DNA from: Candidatus Omnitrophota bacterium
Lineage (GTDB): Bacteria; Omnitrophota; Gorgyraeia; Zapsychrales; Zapsychraceae
Reading direction: 5' to 3'
Assembly: GCA_050250375.1 (NCBI GenBank)
Contig: JBFWOS010000001.1
Span: 1,150,361 to 1,214,360 of the forward strand
Length of the DNA: 64,000 nucleotides
A program made the translations under genes and the position numbers. Of this stretch, positions 9,150 to 18,204 are shown one piece after another; positions within the stretch are counted from its first letter, which is position 1, and every line of letters begins with the position of its first letter. The notes beneath the pieces were generated by a model. It was given only the letters and a program-made list of their open reading frames with translations, made no database searches and was not told the DNA's origin.

Positions 9150-10804
9150 CAGTGAACCACCATGGCGCTTAGTTTACGAAGCACCTTTTTAACCGACGCC
9201 CGGTAGTTCCCGGAATCTGTCTCTTCAAACCCGCATTTTGAATAAAATTTCTCAGCTGAAAGATTCTTTGCTGTCGGGACAAATTCAGCCCGGAGTTCAT
9301 CGATCCCGATTTGTACTAAATCCCCTAAAATCAACTCCATAAACTGAAATTCCACATTTCTTCCCAGAATCCGGCAGCTCAAAAGATATGTGTCCAGGAC
9401 GGCAGTATTATCCGCCTCATTTGTCACGATCGCTGCCCCGACGATCCCTTCGTCTCCGAATCTGTCCTTATATCTCAGACCATAAACAAACACCCGGCCG
9501 TTATTGACCAGCGATTCGATTTGATTGACCTGGTACCGTTTTGTCGTCAGATTAAACTGATTGGTTTTCTGCGTTAATTGTGAGATCCGCGCCAAATAGT
9601 CCTTTGGGTTTTTCAAAATCTCCAATTGAATATCCAGTGACTTTAAATATTCATTGATATCCAATTCTTTTGACAGATTTTCACGATTGATCATGTTCTT
9701 ATATTGGCGATCTTTGTCACGGTCTTCTTGTGTCAGTCTTGTCTTGCCAAAATAAGGGTAGATTACGGCATTAATCAGCCAATTTTTTAATGCGGCGGTA
9801 TTTCGTGGAAATTCGGGAACGGCAATATCCGGAAGGGCTTCCTTAATCATGAGTCTTTCCTGAGCCGAGTCGTCAATCATGACCATGGAATCCAATCCAA
9901 TATTTAATTCAGTCGCGATCTGCTGCAAATTCACCGGCTTGTTATCCCAGTTCACCTTGGTGATCACAAAATCTTGCCAGGTTAATACCATCATCCGGTT
10001 TTTTTCGAAAACTTCCCTTACATCTTTCTCATTATTTTTGGAATTAATAGCCAATAAAACGCCTTGTTCTTTCAACGACTTAATTGTTTTCTGAAAATCC
10101 CGGAACGCCTTTCCCGGGCCCTCTTCGGATAAATCAATACCTAGCGGCCCTTCTTCACCCACAATGCCGCCCCACAACACATTATCCAGATCGCAAACAA
10201 GGAGCTTGCGGGACTTCCCTTCGTAAGCGCGAATCAACTCGTTAAACTCATGGCAAATGGCGCTGAACCCGATCTCAGTATATTTTATCCGCCCCAGATA
10301 CCAATACTTCTCATCACAGAGCGACTCAAATCCAAACCGTTTGATGATCCGGTGAAAATTAAATACTAGAACATTTTGATGGGATTGAACAAAGTTGGAC
10401 AAAATGCGTCCGAGTTCGACTTCAATTTTGCTGAATGAATAATCTGAATTTAATTCTAAAAAATTAGTAATGGTTTGCGGAGGAAAAACCAAGCTGGATA
10501 AAATCATATTTCTGTCAGGATTTTTCTCCGCCCATTTTCCGGAAACACTGAGCAGCATGGTGAATGAATCAATAATTTTTTGTTCATCCGGGAAAGTATA
10601 AAAACCGTCCCGCAGAAACTCTTCAGCATCCAGATGCAGCCACACGTATCGGTATGCGCCGCGGTTAACACCGGATCCTTCATCCATCAGTTCCTGCATA
10701 AACTGGCCGTAAGGACAAAAATAAGGAACGCCGAGGCCGGCATCATCACAATGCGATTTGGCCGGTTCCATATTTACGTTGCTTAGGATAGCGATCTTAT
10801 TCAT
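9149..10804 (-). CDS. FkbH-like protein (HAD-superfamily phosphatase subfamily IIIC with C-terminal acyltransferase-like domain)
   Basis: 551 aa. HAD motif I plus FkbH signature LLVCDLDNVLWGGIVGEEGP...LLAINSKNNEKDV. Domain order matches FkbH/OzmB glyceryl-ACP loaders. Confidence 0.8.
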   Translation of the reverse strand: MNKIAILSNVNMEPAKSHCDDAGLGVPYFCPYGQFMQELMDEGSGVNRGAYRYVWLHLDAEEFLRDGFYTFPDEQKIIDSFTMLLSVSGKWAEKNPDRNMILSSLVFPPQTITNFLELNSDYSFSKIEVELGRILSNFVQSHQNVLVFNFHRIIKRFGFESLCDEKYWYLGRIKYTEIGFSAICHEFNELIRAYEGKSRKLLVCDLDNVLWGGIVGEEGPLGIDLSEEGPGKAFRDFQKTIKSLKEQGVLLAINSKNNEKDVREVFEKNRMMVLTWQDFVITKVNWDNKPVNLQQIATELNIGLDSMVMIDDSAQERLMIKEALPDIAVPEFPRNTAALKNWLINAVIYPYFGKTRLTQEDRDKDRQYKNMINRENLSKELDINEYLKSLDIQLEILKNPKDYLARISQLTQKTNQFNLTTKRYQVNQIESLVNNGRVFVYGLRYKDRFGDEGIVGAAIVTNEADNTAVLDTYLLSCRILGRNVEFQFMELILGDLVQIGIDELRAEFVPTAKNLSAEKFYSKCGFEETDSGNYRASVKKVLRKLSAMVVH

Positions 10805-11183
10805 GCCCCCCCTCGATCAACTCTATCAATCCGTAAGATACATATAAAAAAGCAACCCTCCGCATTCCGAACAGTTTAGCCGGTTTAGGCGGACTGACCA
10901 GAACCACATCTTTTGTTTTAAATTCTTTTATTTTTTTATCTAAGTCGGGGACTTCATAACACACATGTGCGTAACGGATCCCTTTATCGAGGAGACCATT
11001 GACCTTCGTGCCGGAAATTAGTTCAAGGTTAATATCATCATCAACGTTAATTAAACACACCTTCGCATCTTGGTGTTCATCATACAAAACCGGGCTTTCC
11101 TGGTTAACCTGGTGAATTTTCTTCAGTTCTTCCAGTTCAAAAGCAATATCCTTACAAATAATCCCAATATGGTGGAGTTTCAT
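10797..11183 (-). CDS. VOC-family (glyoxalase / methylmalonyl-CoA epimerase-like) protein
   Basis: About 128 aa from the internal start MKLHHIGIICKD... (a beta-alpha-beta-beta-beta module beginning HHIGI). The track ORF extends 11 codons further upstream. Confidence 0.55.
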   Translation of the reverse strand: MKLHHIGIICKDIAFELEELKKIHQVNQESPVLYDEHQDAKVCLINVDDDINLELISGTKVNGLLDKGIRYAHVCYEVPDLDKKIKEFKTKDVVLVSPPKPAKLFGMRRVAFLYVSYGLIELIEGGHE

Positions 11184-11200
11184 GAATGGATTCCTGAGAC

Positions 11201-12247
11201 TTAAATAATAGTACAAATAATTTCATTATTCAGTTTTAACTGATTTTCCAGAACGGCCTGGGCGGCCTTCAATCCGCCGGCCTGCAGACGGATCACCGGT
11301 TCATACCCGATGTCTGACGGAAGAATTCCCATGTGGCCGCTCTTAACATCCTGCGGAAAATACCTGATCCCTTCCCGGTCGAGCGCCCTTGTGTCGATAT
11401 CCCCGGCAAACCGCAGCAGAACGGCATTGGGAAACTGTTTCTTTACCTGATCCACCGGTATGACAGCGCGGTCAGAAATCCAGATCTGGTCAAACGGATA
11501 AGCCGTAAAAATAACCGCCTGGCAATTTTTGAATGAATCATCTTTTAAATCTTCCAACCGGTCAGTCAACCAAACCGCGCCGCCGTTATATTGAACCCGG
11601 TTACGCGGCGTGTCGATCACCCCCAGCCTGGCCCCCTGTTTGATCAATGTCCTGGCGATATACGGACCGAAATCGTTATTACACATTAATACAAATGTAT
11701 TATTTTCGACAGATAGCCCGGACCGGCGGATCAACTCCGCGGCCATCTCCCCAAGATATTCAAATACACCAACGGATGGGTGGCGTTCGTTGACCGCCGC
11801 CACGGGGATCTTCTGTTTTTGACAATAATCCAGATCCAGATCGTCATCGCGCAGTTCCCAGGCTTCGTACATTAATGCCACCACACAGCCCTTTTTGACA
11901 TGTTGGAGTTTATCCTGGTCCAAAGGCCGTAAATGACCGGAATTGGTAATGATATCCGCATGATGAATAACTTCAGCCGACAGCCATTCACTCAGACGGA
12001 CATGATCAAGATTGAACAATTTTAATTTCTGGTTCAATTCCGCAAAAATCTCAGACGTAGTCCCGTAGGATGTTGACCGCCCAACCGCATAGACCTCGGC
12101 TCCGGCCAAACCCGCAATTAACGGGGTCACGCAATATGGCCCGTTCGCCGCTTCCGTCAAGACAACTCGCCCGGACAGATCAAGGTTCAATTCTTGTATA
12201 GCTTTTTCAATGCTTTGTTTTAAATGCTGGTCATCCATGATGAACAT
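11201..12247 (-). CDS. Hypothetical protein, Rossmann-like (function unassigned)
   Basis: 348 aa. An alpha/beta region VVLTEAANGPYCVTPLIAGLAGAEVYAVGR suggests a nucleotide- or CoA-binding fold. No confident family assignment by eye. Confidence 0.35.
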   Translation of the reverse strand: MFIMDDQHLKQSIEKAIQELNLDLSGRVVLTEAANGPYCVTPLIAGLAGAEVYAVGRSTSYGTTSEIFAELNQKLKLFNLDHVRLSEWLSAEVIHHADIITNSGHLRPLDQDKLQHVKKGCVVALMYEAWELRDDDLDLDYCQKQKIPVAAVNERHPSVGVFEYLGEMAAELIRRSGLSVENNTFVLMCNNDFGPYIARTLIKQGARLGVIDTPRNRVQYNGGAVWLTDRLEDLKDDSFKNCQAVIFTAYPFDQIWISDRAVIPVDQVKKQFPNAVLLRFAGDIDTRALDREGIRYFPQDVKSGHMGILPSDIGYEPVIRLQAGGLKAAQAVLENQLKLNNEIICTII

Positions 12248-13484
12248 TAGAAACCGCCATTTTTAATTGCTCAATGATTAGTTCCATGCCTTTTTCCGAG
12301 AGGGTATGATAAACAGGCAAAATAATGACCTGGTCCCGCGCAGCCTCCGAGTCAGGCAATTGCCACATGGCATTCAGATAAGGTTGTTCCTGGTGTATAT
12401 TCATAATTCCCCGGCGGGTCGCGATATCATGGTCCATTAAATACTGCATAATTTCATCCCGGCTTCTGGGTGATGATTCGAGTATCCTGACGGGAAAACT
12501 TTGCCAATTTGTTTTACAATACGCCGGTTCTTCAGCCATCTTAAAACAACCGATATCGTTGAGTTTACTTTTATAGATTTCGACCATTTTTCTCCGCTGC
12601 TCAATAATCTTCGGCAATTTTTTAAGCTGTTCCAACCCGATGGCGGCCTGTATATCCGTCATCCGGTAATTAAAGGCGGTTGTTGTGTATTGTTCGAACT
12701 GGATTGTTTTAGATTCATGCCGCTGCACGTCAGACACATCCATCCCCTGGTGGCGTAAAAGCCTTAATTGACGGTCTAATTCAGGATTATTAGTCGTAAT
12801 CATACCCCCTTCCCCCGTCGTAATCACTTTGCGCGGATGGAAAGAAAAACAGGCCACATCCCCCCGGGGACGTCCAATCTTTTCAAACGTCAGACTGCCA
12901 TCGAAGGAAATCTCACTCCCGACAGCGCAGGCCGCATCTTCAACCACCGGAAGATTATATTTTTGAGCCAATGGAAGTATCTTGCCCAAATCACACGGCA
13001 TCCCCATCTGGTGGACCACAAGCAAGGCCGCGATCCGGCCGATATGCTGTTCAATATAATGAAAGGGGTTCTCCTCGCAGGACAATTGATGCACATTTTT
13101 AAAATATAGACCGTCAGGACGCTCCTCACATTCCGTCTGAAAAAACTCCTCTAACCGCTGTACCGACATGTTATAAGTATCCGGGGCAATATCTATAAAG
13201 ACCGGCTCTGCCGAACATTGTCTGACCGCGTTCGCCGTGGCAATAAACGAATGACTGACGGTAAGGACCACATCTCCGGGACTTACCCCGCACACTTTCA
13301 GAGCCAGATGCAAAGCCGTTGTGCAGTTCGACGTTGCGCAGGCATAGTCGGCTCCGACATATTGTTTGAAAGCATTCTCGAATTCGGCAACTTTAGGTCC
13401 CTGGGTGACCCAGCCGGACAAAATTACTTCCTGTACGGCCTTGACTTCCTCATCGGTTAAATATGGTTTGGCAACTGGAATCAT
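12231..13484 (-). CDS. DegT/DnrJ/EryC1/StrS-family sugar aminotransferase (PLP-dependent)
   Basis: 417 aa. Family hallmarks include the FHPRKVITTGEGGMITT lysine region and N-terminal VQEVILSGW. Confidence 0.9.
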   Translation of the reverse strand: MIPVAKPYLTDEEVKAVQEVILSGWVTQGPKVAEFENAFKQYVGADYACATSNCTTALHLALKVCGVSPGDVVLTVSHSFIATANAVRQCSAEPVFIDIAPDTYNMSVQRLEEFFQTECEERPDGLYFKNVHQLSCEENPFHYIEQHIGRIAALLVVHQMGMPCDLGKILPLAQKYNLPVVEDAACAVGSEISFDGSLTFEKIGRPRGDVACFSFHPRKVITTGEGGMITTNNPELDRQLRLLRHQGMDVSDVQRHESKTIQFEQYTTTAFNYRMTDIQAAIGLEQLKKLPKIIEQRRKMVEIYKSKLNDIGCFKMAEEPAYCKTNWQSFPVRILESSPRSRDEIMQYLMDHDIATRRGIMNIHQEQPYLNAMWQLPDSEAARDQVIILPVYHTLSEKGMELIIEQLKMAVSNVHHG

Positions 13485-14461
13485 GTTGTTATCGTTTGTG
13501 GTTGTTCATCGAGCCATTTCACCAGGCTTTTCAATCCGTCTTTCAAGGAAACTTTCGCCTGAAACCCAATCATCTGCCGGGCCTTGGTCACATCGGCCAG
13601 ACGACGCATCACTTCAACTTTATTCCGCTCTTCAGGCAACGGTATATATTTCGGTTTTAAATCAGAACCCATAACTTCAATCAACGTATAACAAAGCTCC
13701 TCAAGTGAGGTCTCTTCTCCACAAGCGATATTCAAGGCTTCATTGGTGACATCCGATTTAAGGGCCGCTATACCCGCACGGGCAATATCGCCCACATAAA
13801 TAAAATCCATCGTTTGTTTTCCGTCACCGTAAATCAACGGCTGTTTCCCTTCTTTGATCAAATTGTACCAACGGATCAAGACCTCCGTGTACTTTCCGTG
13901 CGTGTCCATGCGTGGTCCATAAATATTGAAAAAACGCAGGGCCAAAAAATCCAATCCGTACATGCTGTAAAACGACCGGCACATGAGCTCGTTGGCCATC
14001 TTGGCCGCCCCGTATAACGTGTAATTGTTATACGGGTGTTGTGTTTCCGGTGTAGGAAACTGGTCAGCCTGCCCATAAACAGATGCCGATGAAGCCAGAA
14101 CAATTTTCTTAACCTTATAATCGACGCACGCCTCCAGCACATTAAACGTTCCGTCATACATCGTAGACAATGCCTCCCGCGGTTCAGCGACACAATGTGT
14201 GATCCGAAGCGCGGCCAGATGAAAACAAAAATCAATATCGCTGAAGGCCTCAATGATCAGCGGCAGGTTACGGATGTCGCCTTTGATGAGATGGACCTTG
14301 CCCGTCCCGAGAGCTTCGCGGATATTTTTATCCGAACCACGAAAAAAATTATCAAGGACTACAATCTTCTCGACCTGTTCATTGAGCAACTGTTCAACGA
14401 TAAAAGATCCGACAAATCCGGCCCCTCCCGTAATCATGATTCGGCTGTTTTTAATATCCAT
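13481..14461 (-). CDS. NAD-dependent nucleotide-sugar epimerase/dehydratase (extended SDR)
   Basis: 326 aa. Rossmann motif ITGGAGFVGSFIV and the catalytic YGAAK (YxxxK). Confidence 0.85.
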   Translation of the reverse strand: MDIKNSRIMITGGAGFVGSFIVEQLLNEQVEKIVVLDNFFRGSDKNIREALGTGKVHLIKGDIRNLPLIIEAFSDIDFCFHLAALRITHCVAEPREALSTMYDGTFNVLEACVDYKVKKIVLASSASVYGQADQFPTPETQHPYNNYTLYGAAKMANELMCRSFYSMYGLDFLALRFFNIYGPRMDTHGKYTEVLIRWYNLIKEGKQPLIYGDGKQTMDFIYVGDIARAGIAALKSDVTNEALNIACGEETSLEELCYTLIEVMGSDLKPKYIPLPEERNKVEVMRRLADVTKARQMIGFQAKVSLKDGLKSLVKWLDEQPQTITT

Positions 14462-14466
14462 ACGAC

Positions 14467-15471
14467 TTAAATTTTAATAACCTTTCCCCCGTGTTTTAGG
14501 GATTTGTCCGTTGCTTCCAGCATCCGGACCACCCGTAACCCGGCGTGACCGTCATTGATGGGTGTTTGACGGTTTTCAATACATTGGACCATATGAATCA
14601 GTTCCTGTTTGAGTGCTTCGCTCTGGTCAACCCGAGGAGAACGCATGTCGCCAAGGCGGTAGTCAATTAAAGAACGATAAATTCCCTCTTTGGTGTCAAT
14701 ATCAACACCCTTATCATAAATCTTGATCTTTTCGTCCGTCTGTAGGTCGTCCCATACCAGCATCCGTTTGCTTCCACCGATCAGGGTGTTGCGAACTTTG
14801 ACCGGCGATAACCAATTAAAATTAAAATGCGCGATCAAATTGTCCTCAAAATACATCGTCACATAAGCGATGTTTTCAATCCCGCGGTCGAAATGATCAA
14901 TCCCTACCGCGCTGATTTTGTTAGGGGTTTTCTGGAGCAGAAAATCGAGGATTGAAAAATCATGGGGCGCCAGATCCCAAATCACATTGACATCCTGCTG
15001 GAACAACCCTAAGTTGACCCGGGTCGAATCATAATAATAAATGGCCCCCAGAGAATCATTCTTGATTTCTTCCTTGATCCGTTTGACTGCCCCGGTGAAT
15101 AAAAACGTGTGATCGACCATAATGGTCAGATTGTTTTTTTCCGCCAGGGTAATCAGTTCCTCGGCCTGTTTGACATTGAAGGTAAACGGCTTCTCCACAA
15201 AAATGTGTTTGCCGCTTTCCAAGGCCCGTTTAGCCAGCTGAAAATGAGTCGAAACAGGGGTCACGATCGCGGCAACATCAATATTCGGGTCCCTGAAAAT
15301 ATCTTCCGGGTCCGTCGTCACATCAATATTAGGATAGTTTTCCTGAACCCGTTTAAGGACTTTTGGGTTCAAATCGCAGACTGTCCTGACAGTCGTTTCC
15401 CTGATGGCCGTGAGGTTACGGACAATATTGGGCCCCCAGTACCCGTACCCGATGACACCGAAATTTAACAT
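14467..15471 (-). CDS. Gfo/Idh/MocA-family oxidoreductase (nucleotide-sugar dehydrogenase, WbpB-like)
   Basis: 334 aa. N-terminal NAD(P) motif MLNFGVIGYGYWGPNIVRNL plus the C-terminal Gfo/Idh/MocA alpha/beta domain. Confidence 0.85.
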   Translation of the reverse strand: MLNFGVIGYGYWGPNIVRNLTAIRETTVRTVCDLNPKVLKRVQENYPNIDVTTDPEDIFRDPNIDVAAIVTPVSTHFQLAKRALESGKHIFVEKPFTFNVKQAEELITLAEKNNLTIMVDHTFLFTGAVKRIKEEIKNDSLGAIYYYDSTRVNLGLFQQDVNVIWDLAPHDFSILDFLLQKTPNKISAVGIDHFDRGIENIAYVTMYFEDNLIAHFNFNWLSPVKVRNTLIGGSKRMLVWDDLQTDEKIKIYDKGVDIDTKEGIYRSLIDYRLGDMRSPRVDQSEALKQELIHMVQCIENRQTPINDGHAGLRVVRMLEATDKSLKHGGKVIKI

Positions 15472-15705
15472 AGGAAATAATTTTTTAAGGTCAGTCTATT
15501 CATAACAACTGTGATTGTTGATGATAATAAATATGGCATACGCCATTATACAATCAAACGTACCCACGGAAAAGATTGATCACGATTATTTTGATATCTA
15601 TTCCCTGTAGTCAGGATGTGAATAAATGGTTGTGAGATTGAACGGGACATTCCTGCGTGTTATACTACTGAAAATTTACACACACCTTCCAAAAAAGAAA
15701 ACGCA

Positions 15706-17304
15706 TTGGACCCAAAACGACATCTTCTATATTTTATCCTGGCCGGATTGTTCGGGATCGCCATTTTGACACCCCAGATTAATTTTCAGTCAGCCATATC
15801 CGTAGGCGACCACGGCCTCAATTATTACGCGTTCCAACGTATCGCAAATGGAGATCAACTCTACAAGGATTTCTGGTGGGGGTATGGACCGCTTTCTCCT
15901 TATTATTACGCCGCTTTCTATAAATTTTTCGGTGAAACCATGAGCAGTGTTTTATTAGGCCGCATGTTGCTGATTTATATTTCCGGATTGTTCTGTTATC
16001 TGACCGTCGCCTGTTTTTCTCCGCCTTTGTTAGCCCTGGCCGCATCCCTCTGGTTCTGGATCTATAATCCAGATTTCTTTTATGGATACAATCACACCGG
16101 GGCTTTTACTGTTTTCCTGGCCCTGACGTATTTTTTATTTTCCTATTACAAAACCGCCCGCCCGCGTTACATTGGTTATTCATTCATCGTCCTGTTTTTC
16201 CTGAATATGATCCGGATCAATATGGGACTAGCCCTTTTGACCGGATTGATCGTGACGGTGTTCATGACCGACAAATATGTTCACCGAAAAAATGAACAGC
16301 GCAATCTGGTCCGCAATCTGGCTTGCGGATTGGGCATATGTATCATCAGCGGGTTAATTTACTGGATCATGTTTTCGGGACTGCCGGCCTATGCGGTGAT
16401 GCAATGTATGCCGTATTTCAGCAAGGTGTACCACTCCGCGTCATCATCCATCAAATATTTCATGTATTTTAAGTTTCTGTATATGATCACCAGCCACTCC
16501 TGGCGTTATATCCTTACCTTCGGTGTGGTCGTAACAGCTATAATCCTGACGATCCGGGAACTGAAGAACCCTTCAACCGACAAGAAGATCAAAACCGACA
16601 TTCTATTTGCGCTCGGGACAATCTCCGGACTAATCGTACTCGTTTCACATGAATTTATCATGGGTTACCAGCTTTACCGCGTCAACTGGACCATTCCGTA
16701 CCAGATGGTATTGTTTTGTTTAACGATCGGATTTGCCGTCAGAAAATATACCCCCAACATCCGTTACGCCGTGATCCTGTTTATCCTGTTTGTGGCCTTG
16801 TTTGATTCCTTCCGTTACCTGAATCGCGTTGACAAATTAAAAGCACCCGGCCAGATGATCCTCGTAGAAAACGCGCAGATCTTTGTTGGCAATCAGCCGG
16901 AATGGATCAGGACAGTCGAACAAACAACATATTATCTGGACTCTATTCTGGAAGATGATGAAACATTTTTTGCCCTGCCCTATGAACCGCTTTATTATTA
17001 TCTCACCCACCGTAAGTCACCCACTTGGCACGTGCTGATGATGGTGGGCAGTGAATTGAATGATATTCAGGAACAGCAAATGATCGAAACTCTAAAAAAC
17101 AAAAAGATCAGGTATGTTCTGTTATCTAACCGCTATCGATCAAAGGAATTGGATATGGGCGAATTGGGGGTTACTCATTTGAAGGAATTAGCTAAATACA
17201 TCAACGACCATTTTCAGACAGAAGCGACGTTCGGGTTTTGGGACGCTGACCCGGGCTGGAACTTCAACCATGGGCTGAAGATCTTGAAAAGAATTGAACC
17301 TTAA
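15706..17304 (+). CDS. Polytopic membrane protein, GT-C-like (putative lipid-linked-sugar transferase; ArnT/PMT-like topology)
   Basis: 532 aa. About 11 predicted TM helices in the first ~380 aa, then a soluble C-terminal domain. Divergently transcribed from the sugar-modification cluster. Confidence 0.45.
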   Translation: MDPKRHLLYFILAGLFGIAILTPQINFQSAISVGDHGLNYYAFQRIANGDQLYKDFWWGYGPLSPYYYAAFYKFFGETMSSVLLGRMLLIYISGLFCYLTVACFSPPLLALAASLWFWIYNPDFFYGYNHTGAFTVFLALTYFLFSYYKTARPRYIGYSFIVLFFLNMIRINMGLALLTGLIVTVFMTDKYVHRKNEQRNLVRNLACGLGICIISGLIYWIMFSGLPAYAVMQCMPYFSKVYHSASSSIKYFMYFKFLYMITSHSWRYILTFGVVVTAIILTIRELKNPSTDKKIKTDILFALGTISGLIVLVSHEFIMGYQLYRVNWTIPYQMVLFCLTIGFAVRKYTPNIRYAVILFILFVALFDSFRYLNRVDKLKAPGQMILVENAQIFVGNQPEWIRTVEQTTYYLDSILEDDETFFALPYEPLYYYLTHRKSPTWHVLMMVGSELNDIQEQQMIETLKNKKIRYVLLSNRYRSKELDMGELGVTHLKELAKYINDHFQTEATFGFWDADPGWNFNHGLKILKRIEP

Positions 17305-17396
17305 TTCTTTTATATTTATAAAAAAACCTACTTTGCGGTTATAATCTCAAAACGATACCACTTCGTAGGGCTGCTTTCTCTAATATTAAAGTAGGG

Positions 17397-17438
17397 GTCG
17401 TCACCCGTTGGAGCATCGGGTGACGACTTGTTTTTTTC
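17397..17438 (+). terminator. Rho-independent terminator
   Basis: Perfect 11-bp stem GTCGTCACCCG...CGGGTGACGAC followed by TTGTTTTTTT, about 90 nt downstream of the 15706..17304 stop. Confidence 0.7.
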
Positions 17439-17516
17439 GCTTCGCGAAAAATCTGGTGGGCCGCCAAAACATCTGTTTTGGCGAGTCTCACCAGATTTTT
17501 TTCTTTGAAAAAAATC

Positions 17517-17593
17517 TGGTGGGCGATGGAGGAATCGAACCCCCGACCCTCTGAATGTAAGTCAGATGCTCTAACCAACTGAGCTAATCGCCC
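17517..17593 (-). tRNA. tRNA-Val (anticodon UAC), CCA encoded
   Basis: Minus-strand sequence GGGCGATTAGCTCAGTTGGTTAGAGCATCTGACTTACATTCAGAGGGTCGGGGGTTCGATTCCTCCATCGCCCACCA folds into a canonical cloverleaf by hand. The overlapping track ORF 17339..17578 is spurious. Confidence 0.9.
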
Positions 17594-17680
17594 GAAATTA
17601 CTGAAAACTCAAATTTCGCGCCACCTTTATACCAAATTTTAGGAATGCTGTAAAGAAGGATTTGTCCGAAGCAGACTGTT

Positions 17681-17995
17681 TTACCAGATCCGTTCACTGT
17701 CGGAACACCATAACTCAGAGACCTCATTGGTCGCCAAATCTATCGTGCCGTGAATCTCATCTGTATACTTGACGGCATACCGGGTGTTATTGAACCGGAA
17801 CATATGTTTATTTCCGGATGGGTAAACTCCTCCAAATACCTCTTTCAATGCATCCAGCGTAATCGGCTGGCTTAACTGAAGGCAGGCTGCATGCATTTCT
17901 TCAATCTCGTTCGGTCCGGAGAATTTCTCTGAAGCGAACTTAAAGCCAAACACAACCAATCCAATAACGACAATTAATATTAAAATTTTATCCAC
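17681..17995 (-). CDS. Small membrane-anchored hypothetical protein
   Basis: 104 aa. N-terminal TM helix ILILIVVIGLVVFGF. No recognisable domain. Confidence 0.35.
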   Translation of the reverse strand: MDKILILIVVIGLVVFGFKFASEKFSGPNEIEEMHAACLQLSQPITLDALKEVFGGVYPSGNKHMFRFNNTRYAVKYTDEIHGTIDLATNEVSELWCSDSERIW

Positions 17996-18127
17996 TCCGG
18001 ACCTCCTTGTTTAACACCGGCTAAATTTCAAATATCGATTTTGATATACAATTGTTCATTATTCTAGAAGATTCCCTATACGACTACAAGCAATAAGAAT
18101 ATTGTGTGTTTTTCAAGCAACTTCTCA

Positions 18128-18168
18128 AAAAAACAGAAAAGCCACCTTTTAGGTGGCCTTTCTGTTTT
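18128..18168 (-). terminator. Rho-independent (bidirectional) terminator downstream of the GH5 gene
   Basis: GC-rich stem GCCACCT/AGGTGGC with extended arms. Flanked by A/T runs on both sides (TTTTCTGTTTTTTT on the minus strand). Confidence 0.6.
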
Positions 18169-18204
18169 AATTAAATAAAAATCAACGGTTGTTTCTCAGC
18201 AGGA

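Noticed and set aside
17339-17578. 79-aa ORF
   Set aside because: It overlaps tRNA-Val and two terminator hairpins and has no coding signal.
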